Source: Planctomycetota bacterium (GTDB lineage Bacteria > Planctomycetota > UBA1135 > UBA2386). Taken from it: 27,511 bases of DNA. Shown piece after piece: positions 1 through 8,725 of this stretch. The position numbers were made by a program, and so were the translations under genes. Numbering within the stretch: the first letter of the stretch is position 1; the number at the start of each line of letters is the position of its first letter. The stretch is taken from contig JAEYTU010000088.1 of the NCBI GenBank assembly GCA_023433825.1, forward strand, positions 1-27,511. Direction: 5' to 3'. The notes beneath the pieces were generated by a model. That model was not told the DNA's origin, ran no database searches, and saw only the letters and a list, made by a program, of their open reading frames with translations.

Positions 1-48
1 CCCCGAGAACTGCCGCGAGACGCGCGGAGTCGCGACACTCCCGGCCTG

Positions 49-507
49 ATGGCGACCACCGGTGACGCGAGGCCGTTCGTTCCGAGCCTCCACCCGGCGG
101 TGGATCGGCTCGCGGCGGTCCTCGTCATCGCGGGCGCGATCGCGACCGTCACGCTGCTGGCAGCGACCGAGCCGGACCCGCGCGGCCACGGAACGCACGA
201 GCAACTCGGGCTGATGCCGTGCAGTTGGCCAGGGCGGTTCGGGATGCCGTGCCCGACCTGCGGTGTGACGACGGCGGCGTCGCACCTCGTGCACTTCGCG
301 CCGATCGAAGCGTTCACGACGCAGCCGTTCGGCGCGGCGTTGGCGGCGTCCGGCATCCTGCTCGCGATCCTCGCCTTGCACGATCTGTTGCGCGGGCGCC
401 CGTATCTCGATCGGCTCGCCCGGCTGCCGCTCGTCGGCATCACGATCGGCGCGGTCGCGACGTTCCTGCTCGCCTGGCTCTACACGACACTGACATTCAC
501 ACCGTGA
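49..507 (+). CDS. DUF2752-family membrane protein
   Basis: Motif GHGTHEQLGLMPC...GMPCPTCGVTTA flanked by hydrophobic helices, typical of DUF2752. Confidence 0.8.
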   Translation: MATTGDARPFVPSLHPAVDRLAAVLVIAGAIATVTLLAATEPDPRGHGTHEQLGLMPCSWPGRFGMPCPTCGVTTAASHLVHFAPIEAFTTQPFGAALAASGILLAILALHDLLRGRPYLDRLARLPLVGITIGAVATFLLAWLYTTLTFTP

Positions 508-1022
508 TCCACGACCCCAGAACGGACGAACTGCGGCCCAGTTGGACCGGACCGATCCTGCTGACCTCGCTCGCGACGGTGCTCGTCCACCTGTTCGTCG
601 GTGTGCTCGGCGCGCAGTTGGGGTCGATCTCGTTCTGCGTCTGTTGTGGGCTGCTGATCCCGATCGGTTTCCTGCCGATCGCGATGGTCGCGCCGCGCGA
701 TCCGCAGTTCACACCACGCGACGGGTTCGTCCTCGGATTCCTCGCGGTCGGCGCCGGCGCGACGCTGTTCGCAGCGTGGCACGTCTACCAGTGGCATGGC
801 GTCGACGTCGGCAATCTCGAACGCGAGATTCGCGAGGGACTTCGACAGGTCCAGGATCCATTGCCGCCCGACCAGCGCTGGTCGGCGGAGGAACTCGACC
901 AGATCGTCGGCGCGTTGCTCGGCGTGGCGCCGTACTTCGGCGTGCTGATCGCCGTCGTCGAGACGGTCGTCGCGGCGTTCGTCGGGATGGTCGCGACGGT
1001 GCTGATTCGCCGACGCCGGTGA
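504..1022 (+). CDS. Hypothetical integral membrane protein (about 4 TM segments, possibly DUF4199-like)
   Basis: GTG at 504 overlaps the upstream stop (GTGA) and is in frame with ORF 219..1022. Hydrophobic segments, a CVCC motif and a basic RRRR C-terminus. The ORF-track extension 219-503 is shadow of the upstream gene. Confidence 0.7.
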   Translation: MIHDPRTDELRPSWTGPILLTSLATVLVHLFVGVLGAQLGSISFCVCCGLLIPIGFLPIAMVAPRDPQFTPRDGFVLGFLAVGAGATLFAAWHVYQWHGVDVGNLEREIREGLRQVQDPLPPDQRWSAEELDQIVGALLGVAPYFGVLIAVVETVVAAFVGMVATVLIRRRR

Positions 1023-1033
1023 GTCGGCCTCCG

Positions 1034-1975
1034 TCAGCCGTGGATCTCGTCGCGGATCACCTTGAACGACGCGAACCGACTCGGCGCGATGCGTCCTTCG
1101 TCGACCGCACGTCGGACCGCGCAGTCCGGTTCGACGAGATGTGAGCAGTCGCGGAACGGACACGACTCGGCAAGCCCGCCGATCTCGCGGAACAGGTGGG
1201 GGACTTCCGCGTCGGTCAGGTCGTACAGGCCGAAGTTGCGGATGCCGGGCGTGTCGAGCACGTGACCGCCGCCCGGAAGGGGCAGGAGCTGCGTGTGCGT
1301 CGTCGTGTGCTTGCCGAACTGCGCGCGCGTCAGTTCGCCGACCTTCTGTTGGACGAGCCCGGGCTGGACCGCGTTGACGAGCGACGACTTCCCGGCACCG
1401 GAGAGCCCGCACAGAACGGTCTCGTTGCGCGCCATCAGGTGGCGCAGTTCCAAGAGCGTCGCCTCGGTGCGCGAACCCTCGGCGACGCTGGTCGCGAAGC
1501 ACCGATAGCCGATGCGCTGGTAGACCGCTTCCCAGTGCGCCGCGATCTGTTTGCGATCGCGGTCGACCTTCGTCAGCACGACGGCGGCGTCGATCCCCTC
1601 GCGCATCGCGCCGGCGAGGATCCGGTCGACCAACTCCGGCTGGAACGTCGGCTCCGCGATCGCCGCGACGGCGAGCACCAGCGTCACGTTCGCGGCGAGG
1701 ACCTGCTCTTGTCCGCCTTCGCCGGCAGACTCGCGAACGAGGCGCGAACGTCGCGGCAACACCTCGCAGATCACGCCGTCCTCGCCTTCGATGTCGACCA
1801 GCACGCGATCGCCGACGGCAATCGGTCGCTTCTCGATGCCTCGCACCTCGAATAGCTTGCCGCGCATCGGCAGTCGGTGCGTGCGTCCCGCGATCTCGAC
1901 GTGGACGAGCTTCGCGTCGATGCGCAGCACGAGACCTTCGCTCTTCGATGTGGAACTCACGCGCGGATCACTCAA
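1034..1975 (-). CDS. rsgA: Ribosome small subunit-dependent GTPase A
   Basis: OB-fold (AVGDRV), circularly permuted GTPase motifs TKVD, GLSGAGKSS, GKHTTT and DTPG, and a C-terminal Zn finger CPFRDCSHLVEPDC. Start is TTG 1975 or GTG 1960. Confidence 0.95.
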   Translation of the reverse strand: MSDPRVSSTSKSEGLVLRIDAKLVHVEIAGRTHRLPMRGKLFEVRGIEKRPIAVGDRVLVDIEGEDGVICEVLPRRSRLVRESAGEGGQEQVLAANVTLVLAVAAIAEPTFQPELVDRILAGAMREGIDAAVVLTKVDRDRKQIAAHWEAVYQRIGYRCFATSVAEGSRTEATLLELRHLMARNETVLCGLSGAGKSSLVNAVQPGLVQQKVGELTRAQFGKHTTTHTQLLPLPGGGHVLDTPGIRNFGLYDLTDAEVPHLFREIGGLAESCPFRDCSHLVEPDCAVRRAVDEGRIAPSRFASFKVIRDEIHG

Positions 1976-2976
1976 CCACGGAACACTCGGCCACGGACCG
2001 ATCTGCCGAAGGGCAACAGCCGACGGGGCGCCTCGCGCCCAGCCCGACCGGGGTCCTGCACATCGGCAATGCGAGGACGTTCCTGCTGGCCTGGCTCTCG
2101 ATCCGATCGCGTCGCGGCGTCGTGAGGCTGCGGATTGAAGACATCGACGGACCGAGGGTCAAACCGGGCGCCGAACGGCAGTTGCTCGAAGACCTCGCCT
2201 GGATGGGGCTCGACTGGGACGGTGAGGTCGTCCGCCAGACCGATCGACTCGCGATCTACGCGGCGGCGACGCAGCGTCTGGTCACGATGGGGCTCGCGTA
2301 CCCGTGCGTCTGTACGCGCAGCGAGATCGACGCGGCCGGATCGGCGCCGCACGAGGAATGGCAGGACGCACCGGCGTACCCGGGCACGTGCCGCGGCCGC
2401 TTCGCCTCGGTCGAAGCGGCGACGCAGCAAACGGGGCGCGCCCCGGCGATCCGATTCGCCGTCGACGTCGAGTCGGTGCCGTTCGTCGACGGGTTTCACG
2501 GACCGCAGCCCGGGCGGATCCGCGGCGACTTCGTGATCGCGAAGCGGGACGGCGGGCCGGCGTACCAACTCGCCGTCGTCGTCGATGACGCGGCGACCGG
2601 CATCGACGAAGTGCTGCGCGGCGACGACTTGCTGCCGTCGACACCGCGCCAACTGCTGCTCTACCGCGCGCTCGGACTGACACCGCCGCGGTTCGTCCAC
2701 GTTCCGCTCGTGGTCGGCGACGACGGACGACGGCTCGCGAAGCGCCATGGCGACACGTCGCTGCGAACGTTGCGCGAATCCGGCGTCGATGCGCAGCACT
2801 TCTGCGGCTACCTCGCCGCGCTGTCCGGTCTCGTCGCGCCGGGGACGCGCGTAGTCCCGCGCGACCTGCTGGTCGACTTCGACCCGCGTCGCATCCCACG
2901 GCACCCGGTCGTCGGTGGCGAATCGCTCGAAGGCGGACCGCGTCCGCCGCGCGATGCGTCGCCATCGCGCGACTGA
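1948..2976 (+). CDS. gluQ: tRNA glutamyl-Q(34) synthetase (GluQ-RS)
   Basis: GRLAPSPTG, HIGN, LRIEDID, Zn site CVCTR...YPGTC, YQLAVVVDD, RGDDLL and RLAKR. It lacks the anticodon-binding domain of a full GluRS. Start position uncertain. Confidence 0.9.
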   Translation: MWNSRADHSTTEHSATDRSAEGQQPTGRLAPSPTGVLHIGNARTFLLAWLSIRSRRGVVRLRIEDIDGPRVKPGAERQLLEDLAWMGLDWDGEVVRQTDRLAIYAAATQRLVTMGLAYPCVCTRSEIDAAGSAPHEEWQDAPAYPGTCRGRFASVEAATQQTGRAPAIRFAVDVESVPFVDGFHGPQPGRIRGDFVIAKRDGGPAYQLAVVVDDAATGIDEVLRGDDLLPSTPRQLLLYRALGLTPPRFVHVPLVVGDDGRRLAKRHGDTSLRTLRESGVDAQHFCGYLAALSGLVAPGTRVVPRDLLVDFDPRRIPRHPVVGGESLEGGPRPPRDASPSRD

Positions 2977-3004
2977 ACCGACACGAGAACGTTTGCCGAC
3001 GGCC

Positions 3005-3013
3005 TGCTAGCCT
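3005..3013 (+). promoter_or_regulatory. Extended -10 promoter element (TGcTAGCCT) upstream of the TrmH-family gene
   Basis: TGn-TAnnnT lies 9 nt before ATG 3023 with no SD, consistent with a near-leaderless transcript. Confidence 0.45.
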
Positions 3014-3022
3014 TCGCCCGCG

Positions 3023-3841
3023 ATGGACGACAAGCACGCGATCGAGTCCGTGAAGAATCCGATCGTGCGCCGGTTCCGCGCCGCGGCCGGGGGCGACCCA
3101 CCGGAACACATGGTCGCCGACGGGATCAAGCTCGTCTGGGAGGCGATGGAGGCGAAGCTGCCGATCGTCGAAGCCGCGGTCTCCCCGCGGCTGCACGGCA
3201 CGCCGCTCGGGAAGGACGTTCGGCGGCGGTTGGAACGCGAGGCCGGTCGCGTTCACGAGTGCTCGGAGTCGGTGCTCGAACGTTTGTCGAGCCTCGACAC
3301 GCCGCAGGGCGTCGTCGCGATCCTGCGACGGCCGGCCTACCAGTTCGACGACTTGTTCGGTGAGGGTCGCGCGCCACTCGTCGCGATCGCCGCGGGCGTC
3401 AAGGATCCGGGCAACCTCGGCGCGCTCGCACGCACGGCCGAAGCGGCCGCTGCGACCGGGCTGGTCGCGATCGCCGGCGGCGCCGATCCGTTCCGCGACA
3501 AGGCCGTGCGCGGGTCCGCAGGCAGCATCTTCCGATTGCCGACGCTCGGACCGGTCGCGCTCGCACGCGTGTTCGACGTCGTCGCGGCGGGACGGCTGCA
3601 ACTCGTCGTCGCCGACGCCGATGGCGACGTCGACTGGTTTCGCGCCGACTACACGAAGCCGACGGCGGTCGTGCTCGGTGGCGAGGGCGGCGGTGTGCCG
3701 GAGGAGTTGCTGTCGCAGGCCGCCGTTCGCGTGCGGATCCCGATGGCGACGCCAGTCGAGAGTCTGAACGTCGCCGTCGCCGCCGGGATCGTGCTGTTCG
3801 AGGCGCGGCGTCAGCGCTTGTCGGCCGCGGATCGCGGGTGA
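3023..3841 (+). CDS. TrmH/SpoU-family RNA 2'-O-methyltransferase
   Basis: SPOUT motifs VKDPGNLGALARTA, VVLGGEGGGV and IPM...ESLNVAVAAGI, plus an N-terminal substrate-binding domain. Confidence 0.92.
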   Translation: MDDKHAIESVKNPIVRRFRAAAGGDPPEHMVADGIKLVWEAMEAKLPIVEAAVSPRLHGTPLGKDVRRRLEREAGRVHECSESVLERLSSLDTPQGVVAILRRPAYQFDDLFGEGRAPLVAIAAGVKDPGNLGALARTAEAAAATGLVAIAGGADPFRDKAVRGSAGSIFRLPTLGPVALARVFDVVAAGRLQLVVADADGDVDWFRADYTKPTAVVLGGEGGGVPEELLSQAAVRVRIPMATPVESLNVAVAAGIVLFEARRQRLSAADRG

Positions 3842-5175
3842 GTCTGTTCGGTCGCAGCGGCGACGACCGTGACGCTGCAGCGCCGCTCGCCGAACGGCTG
3901 CGACCCCGTGAAATCGGCGAAGTCTTGGGCCAACCGCACCTGCTCGACGCCGGGCGCGCGCTGCGCCGGTCGATCGAATCCGGACGCACCGGCTCGCTGA
4001 TCCTCTACGGGCCGCCGGGAGTCGGGAAGACGACGCTCGCGCTGCTCGTCGCGAAGCACTCGGGACTCGAGTTCGAACCGTTCTCGGCCGTGCTCTCGGG
4101 GATCAAGGAGGTCCGCGAGGCGATGCAGCGGGCCGACGAACGTCGCACGCACACCGGCCGCGGGACGCTGCTGTTCGTCGACGAGATCCACCGGTTCAAC
4201 AAGGCGCAGCAGGACGCGTTCCTCCCGTTCGTCGAGAAGGGCCGCATCGTGCTCGTCGGCGCGACGACCGAGAACCCGTCGTTCGCGATCGTCGGCGCGC
4301 TGTTGTCGCGATGTCGCGTCGTGCCGCTGCACCCGCTCGACGCAGCGGCGATGCGGGCGATCGTCGCGCAGGCGCTGACCGACACCGAGCGGGGCCTCGG
4401 CCGCCGCAACCTGACGATCGCGGACGATGCATTCGCGGAGTTGTCCGTCGCCGCCGGCGGTGACGCGCGCCGCCTGCTGACGATCCTCGACGCCGCCGCG
4501 AGCACGGCCGCCGACGGGACCACGCTGTCGCGCGCGCATCTGTTCGAGGCCGCACAGCACCGGTCGTTGCGTCACGATCGCAGCGGCGATCTGCACTACG
4601 ACCTCCTCAGCGCCTTGCACAAGTCGCTGCGCAACAGCGACGTGCAGGCCGCGGTGTACTGGCTCGCGCGGTTCGCGTCGGCCGACGCCGATCCGATGCA
4701 GGCGGCGCGACGGATGATCGCGATGGCTGCCGAGGACATCGGCCTCGCCGATCCGATGGCGTTGCAGGTCGCGGTGGCCGCCGCGCACGCGGCGCATCAA
4801 CTCGGCTGGCCGGAAGCGAAGCTGCCGCTGGCCGAAGCGGCGATCTATCTCGCGGCCGCGCCGAAGAGCGCCGGTGTCGTGCGTGCGATCGACGCCGCAC
4901 TCGCCGAGGTCGAACGCGGCGAGCAGCATCCGGTGCCGCTCCGACTGCGGAACGCGCCGACGCGGCTGTCGCGCGAGTCCGGGCACGGCGTGGGCTACCG
5001 CTACGCGCACGACGAACCGGGCGGTGTCGCACCGATCGAGTGTCTGCCGGACGCGCTCGTCGGGCGGACGTTCTACGAGCCTTCGGAGCTCGGCTTCGAG
5101 AAGCGGATTCGCGAACGAATGGACGCGGCCGACGCGCTCCGCCGTCCGGACGGACCGCGCGAAGGAACGCGCTGA
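3838..5175 (+). CDS. rarA: Replication-associated recombination protein A (MgsA/RarA AAA+ ATPase)
   Basis: PLAERLRP, Walker A GPPGVGKT, Walker B VDEIHRFNKAQQD, GATTENPSF, HYDLLSALHKSLR and YRYAHD. The GTG start overlaps the upstream stop. Confidence 0.95.
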   Translation: MSLFGRSGDDRDAAAPLAERLRPREIGEVLGQPHLLDAGRALRRSIESGRTGSLILYGPPGVGKTTLALLVAKHSGLEFEPFSAVLSGIKEVREAMQRADERRTHTGRGTLLFVDEIHRFNKAQQDAFLPFVEKGRIVLVGATTENPSFAIVGALLSRCRVVPLHPLDAAAMRAIVAQALTDTERGLGRRNLTIADDAFAELSVAAGGDARRLLTILDAAASTAADGTTLSRAHLFEAAQHRSLRHDRSGDLHYDLLSALHKSLRNSDVQAAVYWLARFASADADPMQAARRMIAMAAEDIGLADPMALQVAVAAAHAAHQLGWPEAKLPLAEAAIYLAAAPKSAGVVRAIDAALAEVERGEQHPVPLRLRNAPTRLSRESGHGVGYRYAHDEPGGVAPIECLPDALVGRTFYEPSELGFEKRIRERMDAADALRRPDGPREGTR

Positions 5176-5185
5176 TTTCATCGCC

Positions 5186-5205
5186 GGCCGCACCGACGTG
5201 CGGCC
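5186..5205. terminator. GC hairpin between convergent rarA and M3 peptidase genes
   Basis: Perfect 8-bp stem GGCCGCAC-cgac-GTGCGGCC. No U-tract, so terminator function is uncertain. Confidence 0.4.
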
Positions 5206-5229
5206 CCTGCGACGAACGGCCGCGCGGCG

Positions 5230-6939
5230 TCAGTCGGCGCGAATCACGGCCAGCACGTCGGCGACCAGCCGCTGCAGCATCGTCGCCGAGACGTCGAACC
5301 GGACGCCGGCGGCCTCGAACAGCTGCGGCAGCGGTCGCGTGCCTCCGAGCGACAACCCGTTGCGATACGCGGCGACGGCACTCGCCTTGTCGTTGCGATA
5401 GCGCTGCCAGACCTGCAGCGCCGCGATCTGCGCGATCCCGTACTCGACGTAATAGAACGGGTGCCCGAACAGGTGCCCCTGGCTGACCCACGACATCGCG
5501 AGCGCATCGTCGAGTCCGCTCCAGTCGAGCCCCGGTGCGAAGCGAGCGCGGATCTGGCGCCAACAGTCGCGGCGTTCGTCGTGATCGTGGTCCGGGTGGC
5601 CGTAGACCCAGTGTTGGAACGCGTCGATCGACGCGATCCACGGCAGGATCCGCAGCACGCCCTCCAGGTGCTTGCGCCGCGCGCGCCGCGCGTCGGCCTC
5701 GCCGTAGACGGACCCGAGTTCCTCGAGCCCCATCAGTTCCATGCTCATGCTCGCCGTCTCCGCGAACTCGATCGGTGAGTCGCGGTAGCTGAGCAGCGGG
5801 TCGTTGCGCGAGAGGATCGCGTGGAACGCGTGACCACCCTCGTGCAGCATCGTCTGGACGTCTTGGTGCGTGCCGACGCTGTTCGCGAAGACGAACGGCA
5901 GCCGCACGTCCTCGAGCGTGTACTGGTAGCCGCCCGGCGCCTTGCCCTTGCGGCTCATCAGGTCGAGCAGCCGGTTGTCCTCGAGCACGGCGAACTCGTG
6001 CGCGAAGCGCGCGTCGACGCGTCGAAACACGTCGCGGACGAGCGCCTTCAGACTCGCCTCGTCGGTGAACGGGCGGAGCGGCGGGCGGCCGTCGAGATCG
6101 ACTTCGAGGTCGAACGGCCGCAACGTCTCCAAGCCGAGGCGCTGTCGACGTTGCTCGTTCAGTTCGACGACGGCCGGCACGACGGCCTTCTCGATCGCGT
6201 CGTGGAAGCGGAGACAGGTCTGCACGTCGTAGTCGAAGCGCTGCAGCTCGCGGAATCGGAGCGGCGTGTAGCCCTCGAAGCCGGCGTTGCGACCCATCCG
6301 CGTCCGCAGCGCGATCAGGCGGTCGTAGATCTCCTCGAGTTCGCGCCACAGCGTGCGGCGCGCGCCGAGCGAGGCCAGGAAGGCGCGGCGCCGGACGTCG
6401 CGGTCCTGGCTCTCCGCGTAGGGACTCATCTGCTGCAGCGTGTGATCGCGACCGTCGAACGAGACGACGATTCCGCCCATCAACGCCTGCTGCCGCGTCT
6501 GCAACTCCGACTCCTCGGTCTGCAGCACCGTGTTCGCCTCGCGGAAGATCTCGACCGCAGACGCGCGACGCCGGACGAGCAGCGCATAGCGTTGCGGGTC
6601 CAACTGCTCGCGTTGCGGCAGCGCCAGGAAGCGACGGTCGAGGCGGTCTGCGAGCACCTTCACGCGCGGCGAGACGTCCCGTTCGATCGCGAGGAAGCGG
6701 TCTCGTGCGGTCGTGTCGTCGGTGTGACAGGTCATCGCGATGTAGCGCCGCGCGATCTCGGCACCGATCCGGCTCATCAACTCGCTCTCGTCGTGAAGCC
6801 AGCGCTCCAGATCCGCGACGTCGGCGATCGGTCGGGCGTCCAGTTCTGCGAACAGTGGTTCGAGAGCAGCGATGTCACCGGCGTCCAGATCGGCCGGGAC
6901 GAAGTGCCACGTCGGCGGTGCGAGGTCGAGCTTGGTCAT
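5230..6939 (-). CDS. M3 family oligoendopeptidase (PepF-like)
   Basis: HEGGH zinc motif, RKGKAPGGY, EFAETASMSMEL and HLFGHPFYYVEYGIAQ; 569 aa. Confidence 0.93.
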   Translation of the reverse strand: MTKLDLAPPTWHFVPADLDAGDIAALEPLFAELDARPIADVADLERWLHDESELMSRIGAEIARRYIAMTCHTDDTTARDRFLAIERDVSPRVKVLADRLDRRFLALPQREQLDPQRYALLVRRRASAVEIFREANTVLQTEESELQTRQQALMGGIVVSFDGRDHTLQQMSPYAESQDRDVRRRAFLASLGARRTLWRELEEIYDRLIALRTRMGRNAGFEGYTPLRFRELQRFDYDVQTCLRFHDAIEKAVVPAVVELNEQRRQRLGLETLRPFDLEVDLDGRPPLRPFTDEASLKALVRDVFRRVDARFAHEFAVLEDNRLLDLMSRKGKAPGGYQYTLEDVRLPFVFANSVGTHQDVQTMLHEGGHAFHAILSRNDPLLSYRDSPIEFAETASMSMELMGLEELGSVYGEADARRARRKHLEGVLRILPWIASIDAFQHWVYGHPDHDHDERRDCWRQIRARFAPGLDWSGLDDALAMSWVSQGHLFGHPFYYVEYGIAQIAALQVWQRYRNDKASAVAAYRNGLSLGGTRPLPQLFEAAGVRFDVSATMLQRLVADVLAVIRAD

Positions 6940-7076
6940 CTTGACTGTCGATTTCCGGGCGAGGGATGTCTTGGTGCGACTACAGCTTCCATCGGCGAGG
7001 CCGCCAAACGTCCCGAGCGAACGAGGGTACGTCCTCGTGCGGGGCGCGGCACGGGGATTGTCAGGGGCTGTCCATC

Positions 7077-7541
7077 ATGCGTTGCCCATCCACCCTTGGT
7101 CCGGTCCTGCTCGTGGCGCTGCTGGTCGGCGCCTGTGGTTCCTCGAAGCGCGTCGCGGCCGTTCGTCCGGAGCCGCGCCTGGCCGCGATCGAAGTGGAGG
7201 TCTACGACCCGGTGTCGAACTACGTCTGGGAGAACGTCGGCGTCCGCGTCGTCCGAGCGTGGCACGAGTGGTCGGGAGTCACGGTCGAGAACCCGGACGA
7301 CGAGCAGTGGTACCTGACCAACCAGAACGGACTCGTTCTCCTCGACGCGCGCGCGCTCGGCGAAGCACGGGTCGGGTTCCGCGAAGACCTGTACGGCCGC
7401 GCGATGATCGATCCGGAAGCGCACGTCGACGAGGCCGACGTCTGGTTGGAAGTCTGGTCGCCGGGGTTCTCGTCGGTGTTCGTGCAGGTGCCGCTGTCGT
7501 TCCGGACGCCGACGCGGTTCGTGTCGGTGCCGTTCGAATGA
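7077..7541 (+). CDS. Putative lipoprotein with a carboxypeptidase-regulatory/transthyretin-like beta-sandwich
   Basis: ATG 7077 followed by signal peptide MRCPSTLGPVLLVALLVGAC with a lipobox-like VGAC. Pattern VEVYDPVS...ENVGVRVV...TNQNG resembles prealbumin-like folds. Confidence 0.7.
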   Translation: MRCPSTLGPVLLVALLVGACGSSKRVAAVRPEPRLAAIEVEVYDPVSNYVWENVGVRVVRAWHEWSGVTVENPDDEQWYLTNQNGLVLLDARALGEARVGFREDLYGRAMIDPEAHVDEADVWLEVWSPGFSSVFVQVPLSFRTPTRFVSVPFE

Positions 7542-7556
7542 CGAGCGCGGGGCGCC

Positions 7557-8714
7557 TCAGCGCCCGGTCGACGGTTGCGCCGGCGCCGGCGCCGCGAGCA
7601 ACTCCTCGACGCGCCGCGCGAGTTCTTCGCCGCGCAGCCGCGTGAACCGCGTCCGACCTTCGCGGTCGATCAGGTAGGTCATCGGGATCGAGCGAATGCC
7701 GTTCTCGACCGCGAGCCGCGCCTCCCAGTGCTTGCCGTCGTAGACCTGGTCCCAGGTCATCCGCAGCCGCTGCGCCGCATCTGCGATCTTCGACTCGTCG
7801 CCGGCCTTGTCGAGCGACACGCCGAGTACCTCGAAACCCCGATCCTTGAAGCGCTCGTAGGTCGCGACGACGTTCGGCATCTCGGCCATGCACGGTGGGC
7901 ACCAGGTCGCCCAGAAGTCGACGAGCAAAACCTTGCCGCGATAGCTGTCGAGCGAGATCTCGCGGCCGGTCGTCGTCGTCGCCGTGAACGGTTTCAACGG
8001 CGTGACCGCAGCGTTGCGACCGGATGCGGCAGCCGGCGTCGCTGCGGCACGCGGCGCCGCGTCGGCGAACAGCGTTCGCAACGCGCTCGCGTGCGCGGCC
8101 GCGGAGAGATCGCGAGCGAGCAACGCCTTGGCGACGGCGACGCGAAGGTCGTCGGCGTTCGCGAGCTTGCCCGAGTTGGCGAGGTTCGCCGCGATGCGCA
8201 CGACGATCGCCGGATCGTCGTAGAGCTTCGTCGCGGCGATCGCCGCGTGCTGGACGCGCGCAGGATCGACGTCGTCGCCGCGCATCGCACCGCCGACGAC
8301 GTTCAGGTAGACGCGACCGAGCATCGAGCCGTGCTCGGGGATCGGCACCGTCGCGTGCTGGCGCAGGTAGTCGTCCGCCTTCGCCGCGGCGCCCGCGTAA
8401 TCGCGCGCGAGGTAGTCCTTCAGCGCGGCGGCGTAGCCGAACTTGCCGAGGTCGTGACCGTCGTACTTCGCGAAGAACGCGTCGAAACGCGGCAGCGCGA
8501 CCTTCGGGTCGATCGGCGTGCCGGCCGGTCGCTCGAAGATCGCGACGAGGTCGCGCGCGATCGCGGCCTCACTGGTGTCGATGCCCGACGGCTGCTGCGC
8601 GAACGCCGGCGACACGAAGGTCAGCGCGACGCAGAGAAGCGCAGCGACGGGCCGTGAGTGCCGTGCGCCGACCCCGTGAGCAATGGGGCGGTAGGGTAGG
8701 GGAGGGAAAGACAT
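7557..8714 (-). CDS. Exported TlpA/ResA-family thiol-disulfide oxidoreductase with a helical N-terminal domain
   Basis: C-terminal GKVLLVDFWATWCPPC...GVSLD...SIPMTYLIDREG and a signal peptide ending AFA-QQ. Start is ATG 8714 or 8729. Confidence 0.88.
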   Translation of the reverse strand: MSFPPLPYRPIAHGVGARHSRPVAALLCVALTFVSPAFAQQPSGIDTSEAAIARDLVAIFERPAGTPIDPKVALPRFDAFFAKYDGHDLGKFGYAAALKDYLARDYAGAAAKADDYLRQHATVPIPEHGSMLGRVYLNVVGGAMRGDDVDPARVQHAAIAATKLYDDPAIVVRIAANLANSGKLANADDLRVAVAKALLARDLSAAAHASALRTLFADAAPRAAATPAAASGRNAAVTPLKPFTATTTTGREISLDSYRGKVLLVDFWATWCPPCMAEMPNVVATYERFKDRGFEVLGVSLDKAGDESKIADAAQRLRMTWDQVYDGKHWEARLAVENGIRSIPMTYLIDREGRTRFTRLRGEELARRVEELLAAPAPAQPSTGR

Positions 8715-8725
8715 GGTGCGGGGAA

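Noticed and set aside
7021..7038. Short palindrome ACGAGG-gtacgt-CCTCGT in the peptidase/lipoprotein divergent region
   Set aside because: Only a 6-bp arm, single occurrence, and compatible with chance.
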